From Raillietiella orientalis (Eukaryota): a DNA stretch of 64,000 nt. The translations under genes and the position numbers were made by a program. The stretch lies in contig JAYWIR010000012.1 in the NCBI GenBank assembly GCA_036172245.1, positions 1,178,001 to 1,242,000 of the forward strand, written 5' to 3'. The notes under the pieces were generated by a model. The model saw nothing but the letters and a program-made list of their open reading frames with translations. It was not told where the DNA came from and ran no database searches. Below are positions 38,000-50,050 of this stretch, piece after piece (the first letter of the stretch is position 1; each line of letters starts with the position of its first letter).

Positions 38000-39060
38000 G
38001 AAGAAGCACTGAGGAACGCGATGGAGGCGCGTGATCGGGAGGAGAACAGCTGCCAGGGCAACTTTACCGTAATCCACATACAGATTCGGCGGCATTTTCT
38101 TCCCCGAATCTGGAACCATGGCAACGGGAACCCTGAGAGAACACCTCCGCCTTCTGGAACAAGCTGATGCGTCGAGAGCCATATTCCTTGGTCAATGGTG
38201 ATGGAACGACGTCCTCCGGGAGCTGCTGGAGACTCCCTGTCGGTGTCATCCGGCTGTTCGCAAAGAGGCAGCCCTCGACTCCCGTTGCTTGAGCTGGAAG
38301 CGTACACGAATGTACACATACGTGCATACGGAACCGAGGGCAGACGCGGTCACTGGCGGGCGCGCACCACGGTGTCGTTACCATGGAAACTTCCTCCCGA
38401 ATCGCTCGGTGTCCTGCTCCCATCCTTGGTTTTCCTCCGGGTCATCCAGATGGACGCGCCAGCATCGTCTCCTCGTCTCCTCAGAACAAGGTGAGTGGCA
38501 TCCGAGCAAAGATTGCCACCATGACAGGGGGCAGGCTTCTAGGGGGTGAATCGCCTCGAGCATGCCGACAGTGTCCGTACCGACTAGGCAAACGCGGAAA
38601 GGGAGAAGGCAGCGTTGACGATTCTGGGCGTCTGAAGCTCCGCGGTTCCCTAGGAGGAAGAGATCGCGGCGTTGCACCAGAAGGAAGAAATATGAACTCT
38701 GCCTGTGGTGCAGAAGAAACCCTCGAAGCGAGCGGACGGATGGCTCGCTGCCTTCGAAGTAGCAGCTGCGCACTGAGGATCTCGGATGGAGATAACCAGG
38801 ACTCCCAGAAGCCAAACTCTGTACTTGCGATCTTGCACGGGCAGCAAACAGCTTTTTTCGTTTTCTGCGCCGTGGGCCTGAGTATGTCCGTCTCCCTGAC
38901 TCCACACGCGTCCATGCCCATCTTCATACCCAGTGGCCAAAGGTAAGGCGACACTCCTCTTGGAGTCACTTTTGAATTTGCCTCAAGGACAAACCTCGCC
39001 TGGGTAGTGGATTTCTTCATGACGAACCAAGGGTGAAAACGCGTCTTTTTTGGATGAGGA
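38000..39060 (-). mobile_element. BEL/Pao reverse transcriptase remnant
   Basis: Motifs occur in order: RFHPWFVMKKSTTQARFVLEANSK...GVSP (like YLPHHPV.K..TTK.R.VFDASAK..G.SLN), LLPVQDRKYRVWLL (like DRD..RFLW), SSYFFLL (like SSPFLL) and NLYVDY (like FYVDD). Confidence 0.75.
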
Positions 39061-39969
39061 GTGCAATGACCAGGTGTGATTCACCTCACTTCCAAACCTT
39101 CATCTCTGCTGACGTCTCCACGGGTGAGGAGGTGTTGCTTTGGAAACCTCGCAGAAAGAGCAGATTCCGTTCCCGGTGAGCCATCTTAGCCGTCCCATCT
39201 TCCGGAATCGCATTGGTACTACCCTAGCTGCATCCCAACACTTCATCAAGGTCGCATCCTTCCGGCAATCTGCGCGGAGTCTTCCGTTTTCCCTGGTTTC
39301 GGACCTCGGCTTGCGTGCTTCTCCTCCGGTGGGGTCCAGGAGAATACCTCTTGAGCCTACGAGAGGAAAGCGGAGGGAGGGGTTCGACTGCCGAGGCCCT
39401 CCCGTTCCTCCCGCGGAGACCCGCAGCACCTGAGCGCCCCGCGGTGCGGCTGCGGGAGAAGACTCCCGGAAGCGGAAGCAAGTCCGCTACTTCGCCACCG
39501 GCGCTCCATCACAGTCGAAGATTCCGCGTCCTCCGGGCAGTCTTCCTAGTCGGATGCCCCGCCCGTCCTCTGGCAATGGAAAGGACGGAAGCAGTATGCG
39601 TTATCACTTGATGAATTACTCAATCGGGCGTCAAGTCCCGCGTTAAGCTTCTTTCGGCGCTCCTTCCAAAGAAACCGTTCCCTTGGAAACATTGCCCCCC
39701 CACTCGCCGCCTGATTGTTCCTGTTTTATCTGGAACCCTCAGGCCTCTCGTCGTCGTCCGGAGTCTTCCTTTTCCCGGCCGGAAGGGCGCGGCTCTCACT
39801 GACTCGGGAAGATCTGATGCTTCCTCTTTCTCACCCCCGCAGTTCCTGAGATTAACGCCGGGATTCCCGAGTACCCGTTTCTTCTCTCCGTTCCCAGGCT
39901 TCGATTCGGGCACGTGATCGGGTCGTCAGAGCAAAGCTCGGATACATTTTGGTTTTTTTTTTGAAGGAG

Positions 39970-40550
39970 GCGGGGGGGGGCATGCTGTTCTCGTGCGCCG
40001 GGAATTTCGTGAGCTCTCACCTGTTGAGCGGAAGCGTCTTTCCCAGTGGGAACGGGCATGTCCTCTGTGCTCAGGATGGGCGGAAATCGAAGAGTTGTGG
40101 CTGCTGCTCTTCGAAGGAGCAGCTGCGTAGGACGCCGTCCCGTGGAGTAAGAGCGGAGTCTGCCACGAAGATCAAACCAGGAATTCCCAGCCGCGATTTG
40201 CATTCGGAGTCCGGCAGCCTCGCTGCCGGAGTGCCCAGCTCGACGTCGGGGATGGCACCCTCCCTCCATCTGCTTTCGATTTTCGTGTCCGTGAAATTCA
40301 ATTTTTCAGTCGATGGAGCCCCGGCAGTTGGCTCCTGCTGCGGTGCCAGCTGGAGGGTCCTCATCCTTCATCTTTCCGAGGTGATGCAAATGAGGCGGTG
40401 GCGCGAAACGGATGCATCCTCCGTGCAGATCAGATTTGGATTCCTTCCTCGCATCCTCGCAAAAGATGTCTTCACCGGAGAGGATTTTTCCGATGAGCCG
40501 CTCTAGCCGATGATGGTGGCTCCGAGATGAATCGATCTTCACCGCCACCT
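39970..40550 (-). mobile_element. PIF/Harbinger transposase pseudogene
   Basis: It reads DLHGGCIRFAPP (like IDGKHIRI..P), EKLNFTDTKIESRWREGAI, GLIFVADSALTPRDGVLRSC (like YVFVADSAFPL...LMRPY) and QLFDFRPS*AQRTCPFPLG (like IFNYRLSRARR.VENAFG). Confidence 0.65.
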
Positions 40551-41499
40551 CTTGAGTGATGATGATGCCATCACCACCTTTCCATCTTGGGGCTGATTCG
40601 ATTCTCTACTGACTTCATTTCCCTCTTCCCTTCCCGTCACCCAATCGAAGATGCCAAAAAGAGAACAAAAAAGAAAAAAAAAAGTGGGAAAATCCAGGTG
40701 AGCGGGAAATTTCATTCCCGGCACCGGTCGTTGAGGGAACGTCCTCGGCACTCCGGAAACGATCGAGGCGACGGCGTTGCTCGTCGCGACCAGGGGGAAA
40801 TTTTCCTGCGCGTGCCGCAGCGGCATTTGACACAAATACGTTGACTGCAGCCCGCTATTCCCCCCGGTACCGGAGGACTCTCCCCATGGTTACCCCGGAC
40901 ACGCAGTAAAAGTTCCTTCGGCTCTTCAACTCGAATTAAGAAAGGATTATTCGAATTTTGCGCAGAATTATGGATTAATGGGATTTTTTTCAAGGTAAGG
41001 GGGAATGTAATGGAAAACAAAGACGTAATGAATAGCTCCAGAACGGGAGGGATTACAACGCATCAGAATGGGCAGCCATTCCTTGGAAGTCATTAGCAAT
41101 CGATCGGAGGATGGCATGAGCGAATGAGAGGTGTCATTCTGGCTGAATGCGGAGGGAGGAGGAGAGAGCTGGTGAGTTGTAGGGATAAGAAGCTTTCTTT
41201 GCAAGGGCGTGTTTGGCTAAGAATAGAGATTAGCAAGCTCGTGATGGATGCAACGCTCTTGTGGGGGATTTTCCTTGAGAAGAACGAGTGAAATAGGAGC
41301 GCGGTGTACCTCCTACAAATGTAGGGGGGGGGGGGGAGGATCCGTACTTCCGGAGTGAGGAAGATGGATGGGCGAGTTAAGCAACCCTGATAAGCGACTC
41401 GCGAATTCCTTTCGCAAGTTTTCGATAATCCACTCGGTTGGGAGTGTGGGAAGCGAGCAAATCCATTCCTCGGAGATCGACAGGTGCACGGAACTTCAG

Positions 41500-42020
41500 A
41501 GAGAGCTGGAGGGTGCCTCCACGAACGGATTAGACGTCTGAGACGTGTTGAAAATGTGCCGCTGTTCTGTCGACTCGAAGGAGCAGATGCTTGACGCAGG
41601 ACGGTGCACGAGCCACTTGCCGCGCACTCCAGAGGGCTGTCCCCAAACTGGACGCAGCGTTCGGGATTGCAGGTTCTCCCTCCCTTGACAGGAACTGTAC
41701 GCATGTGTGTGTACTGGGTGTGCAGGTGTCGTGTGCATGAGGGATGCAGTGCATGCTGCACCACAGCACGCCGCCTGCTCAGGACCGCGTTCCCTTGCAA
41801 CGAATTCGAACCCTTTGGGTGCGCATCTCATCATATTTAAGCGCTCTGTATTGACGGCATGCGAGTCTCAGTTGCGATCTCTGTGTGCGAGTGCTTTCTT
41901 TCGTACTCCATCGAGGTACCAATTCACTTATGTATAAAGTGCTGATTAAAGTTACCATCATCGTTGTTTGCTTACAGCACATCAGATGAAAAATTTTCAT
42001 TTTTCCCAAACACATATTAT
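41500..42020 (-). mobile_element. Tc1/mariner DDE-domain remnant
   Basis: TMMVTLISTLYISELVP, VVQH / HDTCTPSTHTCVQFLSREG.PAIPNAASS and GDSPLE resemble TMN...Y...L.P, FQHDNAP.H....V..FL...G...P..SPDL.PIE. Confidence 0.45.
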
Positions 42021-42399
42021 TTATATAAAAATTATTATTCCAATAAAATCAATAATTCATGCAGTTTTTAAATATCACAAAGGTGATATCACAAAGATGA
42101 GCAACAGCACAATAAATTACACATGTGACACCGAAGTAAACTGAGAATAGCCTGCCGATATAAATAGAATTTTGTTTACTGTCGTTGCTAAGGGAACGAT
42201 AAGAACGTTGTTAGTGCTAACTTGTTTCTCGAGTACAAGGCACAAAGCATTTGCCAAACGCACAGGTGCGTTCGTAGCGCACGCTGATGGCTTTCTTCGG
42301 ATGCATCTATGCGTCCATAGCACTCAAAGGGTTAAAAGATGGCGGCTCGACCCGCAGACAGGGGATCCGAGGAGTAACGCGCCAAATGCTGTGTCCATG

Positions 42400-42800
42400 C
42401 GCGCGCGCCCCATCACGCCTGCCTGCAAAGTGCGCGGCCCACTCCGCTTGGCAGCCTTCGCGTTTTTCGTGGCGGCGCGCCGGTCGTGAGCCACGGCGCG
42501 CTTTCGACTCTCCTGTGGGACTCCTGTGGAATCGATCAGCCGAGCGGGGAACCGAACTCCGATGGGCTCGGTCCTCTCTCCTGTCCTGGGCGGTTGCAGC
42601 ACGGTCGGGCGCTACTTCGTCGCGAGTTTTGACCATGCCGGCCACATCCGGGATCAACCTGGAGACTGCGGGAACCCACGAGCGCCGCGATGAGCGGAAA
42701 TGGTGCTTCCCGGAGGAAAGAGTTTCCTTTCTGACACACCTACGAGTGTGCGTACCGGTGGGACGCATCTTGCGGGCATCTCCGGCGCTCCCTCTTCGCT
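42400..42800 (-). mobile_element. Gypsy integrase H2C2 remnant
   Basis: SWVPAVSRLIPDVAGMVKTRDE...SVPRSADRFHRSPTG (ORF 42307..42903) resembles WWP.M..DV...VK.C..C...P..PW.R.H.D..G. Confidence 0.35.
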
Positions 42801-43599
42801 GGAAGCCGTTTCCCGGAGTGTCGCTTGAGGTTGTGCAAAGGAGGAGCAGAGGAGCGTTTCCAGGAACGAGTTTCGCTCTCCTTTCTCTGGGAAAAAAAGG
42901 CAAAACTCAAAGAACGGGGAGCCTCGTCCTCTCCACTCCTCCTTCTCCCCCTCTCTCGCCCCTGAGCACTATCAATGCAGGCAAAAAAAATTCCATGAGC
43001 AATCAAAGATCGGCGTTTCCCTCCATCAGCAGGAAATCAGGGAAAGTCCCTTTTGTAAGGACGAGTTCCTCCTCCTTCCGGAGGCAGTTGTCTGGCGCGG
43101 TCGAAAACGTCTCGGGTTTTCTTTCTTTCAGGGAGACCCTGCCCCTGCTGGCAGACGGAGGCAGGGATTTAGGATTTCCGCCGGTCCGTTCGCGCGGCAC
43201 TCCAAAGCTTCCGATCTCGGCGGTAGGATTTCATTCCGCAACCCTGCGTCCCTAATTTGAGGAGCGTCGGAGGCTGGACTTTCCCAAGGGCCAAGTCTCT
43301 GTTTTCGAAGCGTTCATTCCGTGGTCCAGGAGCCGCCGCGGAGGGAGCGAGGGGGCCGCCGCCTTGAGACTGGTTCCGACGCAGGAATCTTCCCGCTGCC
43401 CAGGACATGCGATTCCCCTCTGAAATTCCGTTCGCACCTTCTCCACGATTCCACCTTTGTTCGACTGCTTCCACCGCCGCGAGCGGGCTCTTCGCGTGGC
43501 CGCCGCTGCCCACTTGACGACTGGAAGCTCACCGAAGTTGGGTGAATGCGTCAGGAATGCTGCTGATGCTCTAAGACGCTTCCTTCCTTCCCAGCGCTG

Positions 43600-44400
43600 T
43601 TGAGCAGCAAGGAAAAACTGTCATTCCTCCCCGGAGTCCCAAGGACTGTTTGTTGTTTCGCGATCTTCCACGACAAACCTGCGGGAGACCGTAAGGGGCG
43701 TGACATTCGTGAGCGGCGACCTTGACGAGGCGCCTGCTCGGCCGCGGGAGGACGGGGGATGCCTGGCTCATTTTGGGTCACCTGACGGAGCGTTCGCCAG
43801 TAATCGGGGGCCCTGGAACAGTGCCGAGGCAGATGGCAATTTGCCGTCATCTCTCGCCACTCCGGTGTCGGGTGGGGAGCAGCGGGTGGCTCCCCCGACT
43901 GCAGACCATCCCAGTTCTCTCCATCCATGCGTGAAGAACGCTCCTGAGCCGCGTGTCGATTCCCATCGATTTCTGGCCTTGCCTAAGACGGTCGCCGACG
44001 GAGCAACCAGAAACTCATGTCGACCTCTGCCGGTGATTCGTCGACTGACCCTTTAGGGAATTCATGGAACAAGGAATAGAAATTACCTGGGAGGGCGCGC
44101 TGCTCCGTCGGTAGTATCTGAAGAATTTTTCTCGTTTCCTCCACGGATGACTCCCCGAAGTTGCCAGCGGATTTCCTTGCGGAATCGGATTCTTCGGCGC
44201 GCGCGCGCTTAGCAAAGCTCGCAAAATTCACCAGGGTCTCCAGGACCTCGAGAACCACAAAAACGAATAGGTTGCAGCTGCCAATAAGCGATGGGGAAGC
44301 GCTTTCATCCCCAAGCGTTCCTCTCTGGCTGAATGACATGATGGTTCGAGCGTCCCATCCGCTCCGAGACACCATAAAAAAAGATGGGAATCCATTAGGA
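43600..44400 (-). mobile_element. Possible Gypsy gag remnant
   Basis: PSLIGSCNLF...SVEETRKILQ...EQRALPGNFYSLFHEF (ORF 43983..44375) is followed by a knuckle-like AAHECHAPYGLPQVCRGR. Confidence 0.3.
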
Positions 44401-44499
44401 CCATTCTAAATTTGCCGCTTGGTGTCGGGAGCAAGCCGGAGCTGCAGGTCCTCCAAGAACACTTCAGCAGCACGTGCACCCTGGCTGCAGCCGCTGGGC

Positions 44500-45300
44500 G
44501 GCAGTCGGAATCTTCCGTGGACTGAGGATTGCCTTTTGGATTCCAATTCTTCCCCAGGACCAGAGAATTTCGGCAAGCGGATGGCGTGCCACCCGATTGG
44601 CGGACACAAGAGCATCCCGCGAGACGATCTGCTGGCCCCCTTCTGACGACCTTCCCAGGGAAAACAGGAAGGCGGACGTCCCTCCTGCAGACATCCCCTA
44701 CGTCGCCTTTTGTCCGCATCCGCTTGCATGCGGGAAGCGTACGGATGCGCGCGCATCTCTCGCGAGCTGAGGCGAAGACGCGGACGACTCCTTCGACGGC
44801 CACAAAGAAGCCGTCGGTCCTCCCTTTGAACGCGCCCGACGCACCACCACTCGAAACAACCGTAAGGGGCTCTCGGTGGGTGAGAGCTCATCGAATAGGC
44901 TGCTCCTGGACCCTAAGCGTTCGAGAGCTGAGAGTCTCAGAAAAAAGGCCAGCGGTGTGGCTCTGGGGTTCCATCCCCCCACATCGAGCTGCCAGTCCCC
45001 AGGACGCACACATGATGACCCCGCCGCTGGAACGCGCCGCCGTCAGCTCCACGAGGCATCCAGGGATGCGCGCGTTCCCAGCAGTCGGTGACGTGGCTGT
45101 TGCACCCGCAACCCGGCAACTGAATGGGCTCCGAAGGGCTTCCCTTCGAGGAGGGGTGCGGTCTCGAAGGCGCCAAGCACCTCGGCCTCCTCCGTGGGTT
45201 CTCCTCGTCGCTGTGGGCTGCGCGGAAGAACCGGCCATTTCGCCCCGACCTGTGTCGGAGCGGCAATCGTCGCTCCTCGGGAACCGAGCTCTAAAAGACT
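44500..45300 (-). mobile_element. Gypsy integrase C-terminal remnant
   Basis: It reads AHPWMPRGADG, PLAFFLRL, ELSPTESPLRLF and SRMQADADKRRRRGCLQEG (like RMK..AD..RR...F..GD). Confidence 0.5.
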
Positions 45301-46479
45301 TCCTGTGCTTTTTCGAAAGTTCTCCCCCAACGGCTGCGCCCCTCGTCTGTCGTGAGCCATTCTGCTTCGGCGCGAGCACGTAACCCCGTTCCCTCAGGAT
45401 TGCGTGGAGGCAGACGAAGAACGGCAGGCGCGAACGCACCCGGGAAACTTGCTGAGGAATTTTCTCGGGGCCTCCGTCTCCCGCGTCCCGCCGAGCAGCG
45501 GAAAGTGAAACTTCCCTCCTGGCAGCTCGAAGACACTTCTCTTGAACGCTACCTGGGTCTCGAACGACCAGTCTGGAGCTGCTTCTATTTTTAACCAAAG
45601 CTACCGCCTCCAGGGGTCTCTTCGGATGAAACGAGACCGCAAGCGGAAACGCCATTTTCGCGATCAAAGACGTGGAACACTCATCCTCCGCCCCAATTTT
45701 CTTGTTTGTCTTCGTTTATGGGCGGTCATCATTCACTTAGCAGGACTTCTCGCTTCGAACCACTTCGGAGTTTTAATTTTCGGGAAGGCCCCTGGTAGCA
45801 GGATGCGTCCCTGCCCCGGTTGCGTCTTCCTTCGTCCTCTCTGGTGCGGAAAGTTCCGTGAGAACGCGAGGACACGATGCCTGTTCGTCATAAACATCGT
45901 GTTATTTGACGGTTACAAACGAGGACGCCTCGTTCCGACAGGCGCAGCATCTGGGGAACCGCTGCCAGGTAACAAACAGTTCATCCCTGCAAATTATAAT
46001 CATTTCGTCACCCGCCCGCCTCGCCTCGCTTTGATTGCGCTTCTCGAAGGATTCGCTCTGCTCTTGAGGAAGGGGAGAGGGTTCGAAGAGGCCGGGGAGA
46101 GCCAAATGACATATCATCGTCAGTTTTGTTTACTCAGAACCTTTTCGAATTCCTGAAGTCATTCCTTCCGCAGAAAGTGGGGGTCGCAATCAGAGAATTA
46201 AGCAAAACAGCAAAAACATTTGTTTTTTTCTTTTTTTTTCATTTTTTCTCAAAAGGATGGGGGAGGGAGAGGGGGGGAGGGCAGGAGGGGGGAAGGCAGG
46301 GACGGCGCCGGAATCTGCGTCGGGCTCAAACCGAATGCATCTGCATAATACGGGAAGCGTATCCAGGGAATTCTCCTGCATGTCAGCGCGCGGACGTGGG
46401 GAACTAACGAGCCAGCCGGACTCCATCGCGGGGCTGCTTCTCGGCGAAACTTCGAGGGACGCATCCAAGGAACGGTCCG

Positions 46480-47200
46480 CCTCCTCCAAGAATTCCAACG
46501 TGGCTACCTGTTTTATAAATTATCTTTGCGATGCAGATAACGAGGAGAGCATCAGACTCGGCGGCGTGTTTTTGGAGTAATGAAATTCGAAACCGTCCGG
46601 AACTCGATCCTTTCGACGATAAGAAAGTTTGAAAGACGCTTCTCGCTTTCCCCTGCTCCGGCGACTGTTCGCTTCGTCTTCCCTCGCAATGATGGGGACT
46701 GCCCGGATGAAGTATGCCTAGGAGAAAATTCCCGTGCTTACTTGAATTCGGAGACGAAATCACGGAGAGAAGAAAGATAACGGCCAGAATGGGCGTCATC
46801 TTCGCAGAGCAAAGCGGGAATTCTTTTCGCCCTCGCAGAGCTGCCATTACCCGTTTCGGCGAATAAATAAAGCAGATGGGACGCGGAACAAAAGAGCCAG
46901 AAGCAAACCAAATATATAAATTTCCGCTTGTTGCAGCGGGAATTACCTGTTGAAAGGCAATGTCCCTGCACGAGCGTACGAATGCCAAGTACGATCCGAT
47001 CCCTTCCGCGAAGTTGTTCCGCCCGCGAATCGGTCGGAAGGCCACACTCCTGCAGAGAAAACCTGGAGAACAACGGGAGATTCCAAGGAGCGAGGAGGGA
47101 GAGCGAGGTGGCATCGGGCAACCACCGAGCATGGTTGGAACCGTTGAGCTCTTCCGAAACTGCTCGCTTCGCCGGACCGCATTCCTTGTCGCCGGCGACC
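46480..47200 (-). mobile_element. BEL/Pao integrase remnant
   Basis: It reads GLPTDSR, KFIYLVCFWLFCSASHL (like K.YICLFTC..TRAVHL), SPKRVMAALR, RIPALLCEDDA (like RG.P..IYSDNA) and LSNFLIVERIEF. Confidence 0.6.
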
Positions 47201-47489
47201 GGGTCCACCAAAGGGCGGAAAAGACTTATCTCAGCAGACCACACGTTGAGGGAAGCTCGAACTCTTTGGCCTGGTTGCCTGCTCGAGTTTTTTTCCTAGA
47301 CAGGATAGGTGTGAACTGCAGTTCGTGCGTGCGTACATACTCATGCATATGTACATACATAGGGGAACAAATCAAGACACAAGTTGAAGTCATGCAACCA
47401 CACATTCATTTGTGAGTCGCCTAATCCACTGCCTTTTTGTGGTTCGGTGACATGGGAGGTGTTCTTGGGAACACTGCAAAGTGGAGTCA

Positions 47490-47750
47490 GCACTGCTAAC
47501 GTAGGCTGAGTCAAAGATGGTGGGAACTGCGTCTACCGAAGACGCGAATCGCGCGTGCGACGTTTCGGCTCCTAAGCGCTGAGTGATCCTTCGACTGCAG
47601 AAATTTGCAGCTCGCAGAGGCTGAAAGCATTTGAGTGGTGGTCCAGGAGATCCAGGAGGGAAGGAACGAAGCAAGGAAGCCAAGTTCTGAAGACTGCGTG
47701 CCTCCCCGTTTCTCGCCCGCACGGAACCGAAGACTCCATCTTCCCACCCT
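47490..47750 (-). mobile_element. THAP zinc-finger domain remnant
   Basis: The hallmark DAVPTIF (ORF 47390..47722) is preceded by KFLQSKDHSALRS (like F.PSK.S.LCS.HF) in the adjacent frame. Confidence 0.55.
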
Positions 47751-49599
47751 CAGACAAATGTCCGCGTCTCTTGGGAAACGAGGAAGCCAAAGTGCCCATC
47801 AGCGGCCTTTTCGGACCCTCCCCCCAGTGGCTGGGATTTTTATTCTCCACCTCACAGGATCGCAACCTCGGGCACGCCTTCGTTTGTACAAGAGTCACTT
47901 CGGGGCGGACACGTGAAACTTGGATTCTGAAAATGGTGCCGAGGCGCAAAACCCGGTGACGCCAAGCGCCGGAGTCACGAAACGGGTCGTCGGGGGAGGA
48001 AGGTGCTTCATTCGACTGTGGGGAAGGGAGAGGGGGGAGGAAACAGGTGTGGTCCGGGTGGGCGGCGGTCAACTTTCGAAAGCGAAGGCGGCCCGGGTGA
48101 AGCTCGAAAGGAAGCCGCCCTTCGCTCGGGCGCACTGCTGCCAGCTGGGTGACGCTCGGAAGACTGATGTGTTCTCCGTTAGCGTCACATCCTCAAGGTC
48201 CATCCCTGCACGCGATGAGCGTATTACCCCACTCGTCCCTTGCTGCTCCCTCCATACCTGCGTTCCACTGCCCTCTAGATGTCTCTCGGGGCATTGGCCG
48301 CCACGGGGACCCGCGGATAATCCGAACCGAGGCTTCGGAAATTCTCCGGTCTTCCCTCTTTAATGCCTCTTCCTGCATCCAAGGACAGACCCCCGTTGGC
48401 CGGATCTCTCGCGGACGGGATGTCGCTCCCCTCTGCTTCCCTCCCAGATGTCGCCGAAACCCGAAAACGAAACCCGAAACGTTCCCGGTTCGGGAATCAC
48501 GGGATTACGGGATTGAGTCGGATTCCCATCAACTCTGCGGTAATCTCCCGTAGTGGAGATCGAGAGAAGGGGTGGAAGGGAGAAACTGGGGGGAGGAGAA
48601 CGGCTGCCCCGTTCTGGCGGGGTCAAGCCCTCGAGATTTGACTGGGAAAGTTCTTTCCTGCCCGGTGGACGGGAACCGGAAGACTCCCCCCTCATCTTGC
48701 AGAGGAGAATGGGGGAGAAAAAGATGGACTGCTGGCATGCGAGGAAGCTGCGTATGTGACCTTTCTCCGACATGATTCACGTGACTCGCTCCCCTTCGAT
48801 CCCCCCAGGGGGCACCCCGCTCGCTGCCCGATCGCGCACGGAAAAAAAAAGAAAAACAAACAGACGAAGCAGGGGAGGGAAAGGAAGGCAAGCTCTACAG
48901 ACCATCGCGTGGTCGGGGGGAACTTACGACCCGCCGCACAAAAGCTTCAGGAATGGGACAACGAGGGAGGGAGGCGAGTCTTGGAGCGGAGTTTAGCCCG
49001 CAGGGTTGCCACGAGCCTCTCTCCTCGTTTTTCCCGCGTCACCCGCCCCTAGGCTCGGATAAGATTTAGGGGTGGCACCGGTAACGGCCGGCAGCCGCAC
49101 CAGCTCTTCTTCGTGCCGACCCTCCGCCTGTCCCCATCGAAAGGGAGAGGAACGACGGAGGGCGGCTCCAAGAAAAGTGGACCAAGGGTCACGCACGGAG
49201 CTCCTTTTTCATTTTGTTTTATTTTTTCCTGCGGTCTTGTCCTTTCTGAGCGGCGGCCTCCGCGTGCGTCCCCGACAAACTCCGATGGGGATAGCAGTGA
49301 GGTCGTCGCGCCGGGAGACGAACCACGATTTTTCCCCAGCGATAGCCTCCCTCAGGACCTCACTCTTCTGCTCGCCCGGAGGCCGCCGCTTGGCGCCGAG
49401 CTCCTTCCCCAGAGCACCGGGGGAAAAGGAGGTGGAGGAGGAGGCAGGCGCTGATCCTATGGGATCAAGTGCGAGGGAGGAAGACGGAGTGCTGCCGTCC
49501 GCCGGAGCCGGCCACGTGCATCCAGGATGTCCCGAGGACGGCTCCATCTTGGTTTCGGGTTCATAGAGTAAAATATGACTCTTCTGCTTCGGGGATGCG

Positions 49600-50050
49600 G
49601 CACCTCTGCCCTAAGCAGACCTGTCATCCGAGCCGCCCCTTTTTGGGGTGGGATGTTTTATAAGACCCGCTGCTCGGATTCGAAAGTCAGTGCGGCAGGA
49701 AGGAGACGGGAGACGGTCCGAAGCATCCATCATGTACAGCAGGCCCAACGGCGTGTACACTGATGCTGTCGTGCGTGATACACACTGCATCACCGAGCGT
49801 TCTCGTTGCGCCTTGAGGGTCGGCATCTCCCGGATGAGCCACCCACGCGCTCCACGCAGCGACTCAGTGGATTCACTGTTCTTGGGAGATGCAATGTAAC
49901 GCTCTATGCCTGAAGGACGTCCGCGGTGTTCCGTAGGGCGTACACCTGGCAAAGGGAACGCGGTGGGTGATCTGAGCAGCACAACGTGATACCAGGCTTG
50001 GCGCAGGGCACCGCGTCCGGGAGCGGAGGCGGCAGTGGCGAAACGCGCCG
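49600..50050 (-). mobile_element. Gypsy RT thumb / RNase H junction remnant
   Basis: IASPKNSESTESLRGARGWLIREMPTL...VYTPLGLLYMMDASD (ORF 49611..50072) resembles P.PKN..EL.SFLG...Y..RFIP.L...L..DAS. Confidence 0.55.

Noticed and set aside
40071..40364. ARF-like GTPase or bacterial IS1634 suggested by GLIFVADSAL
   Set aside because: The flanking motifs on both sides fit a Harbinger transposase better, and no GTPase P-loop is present.
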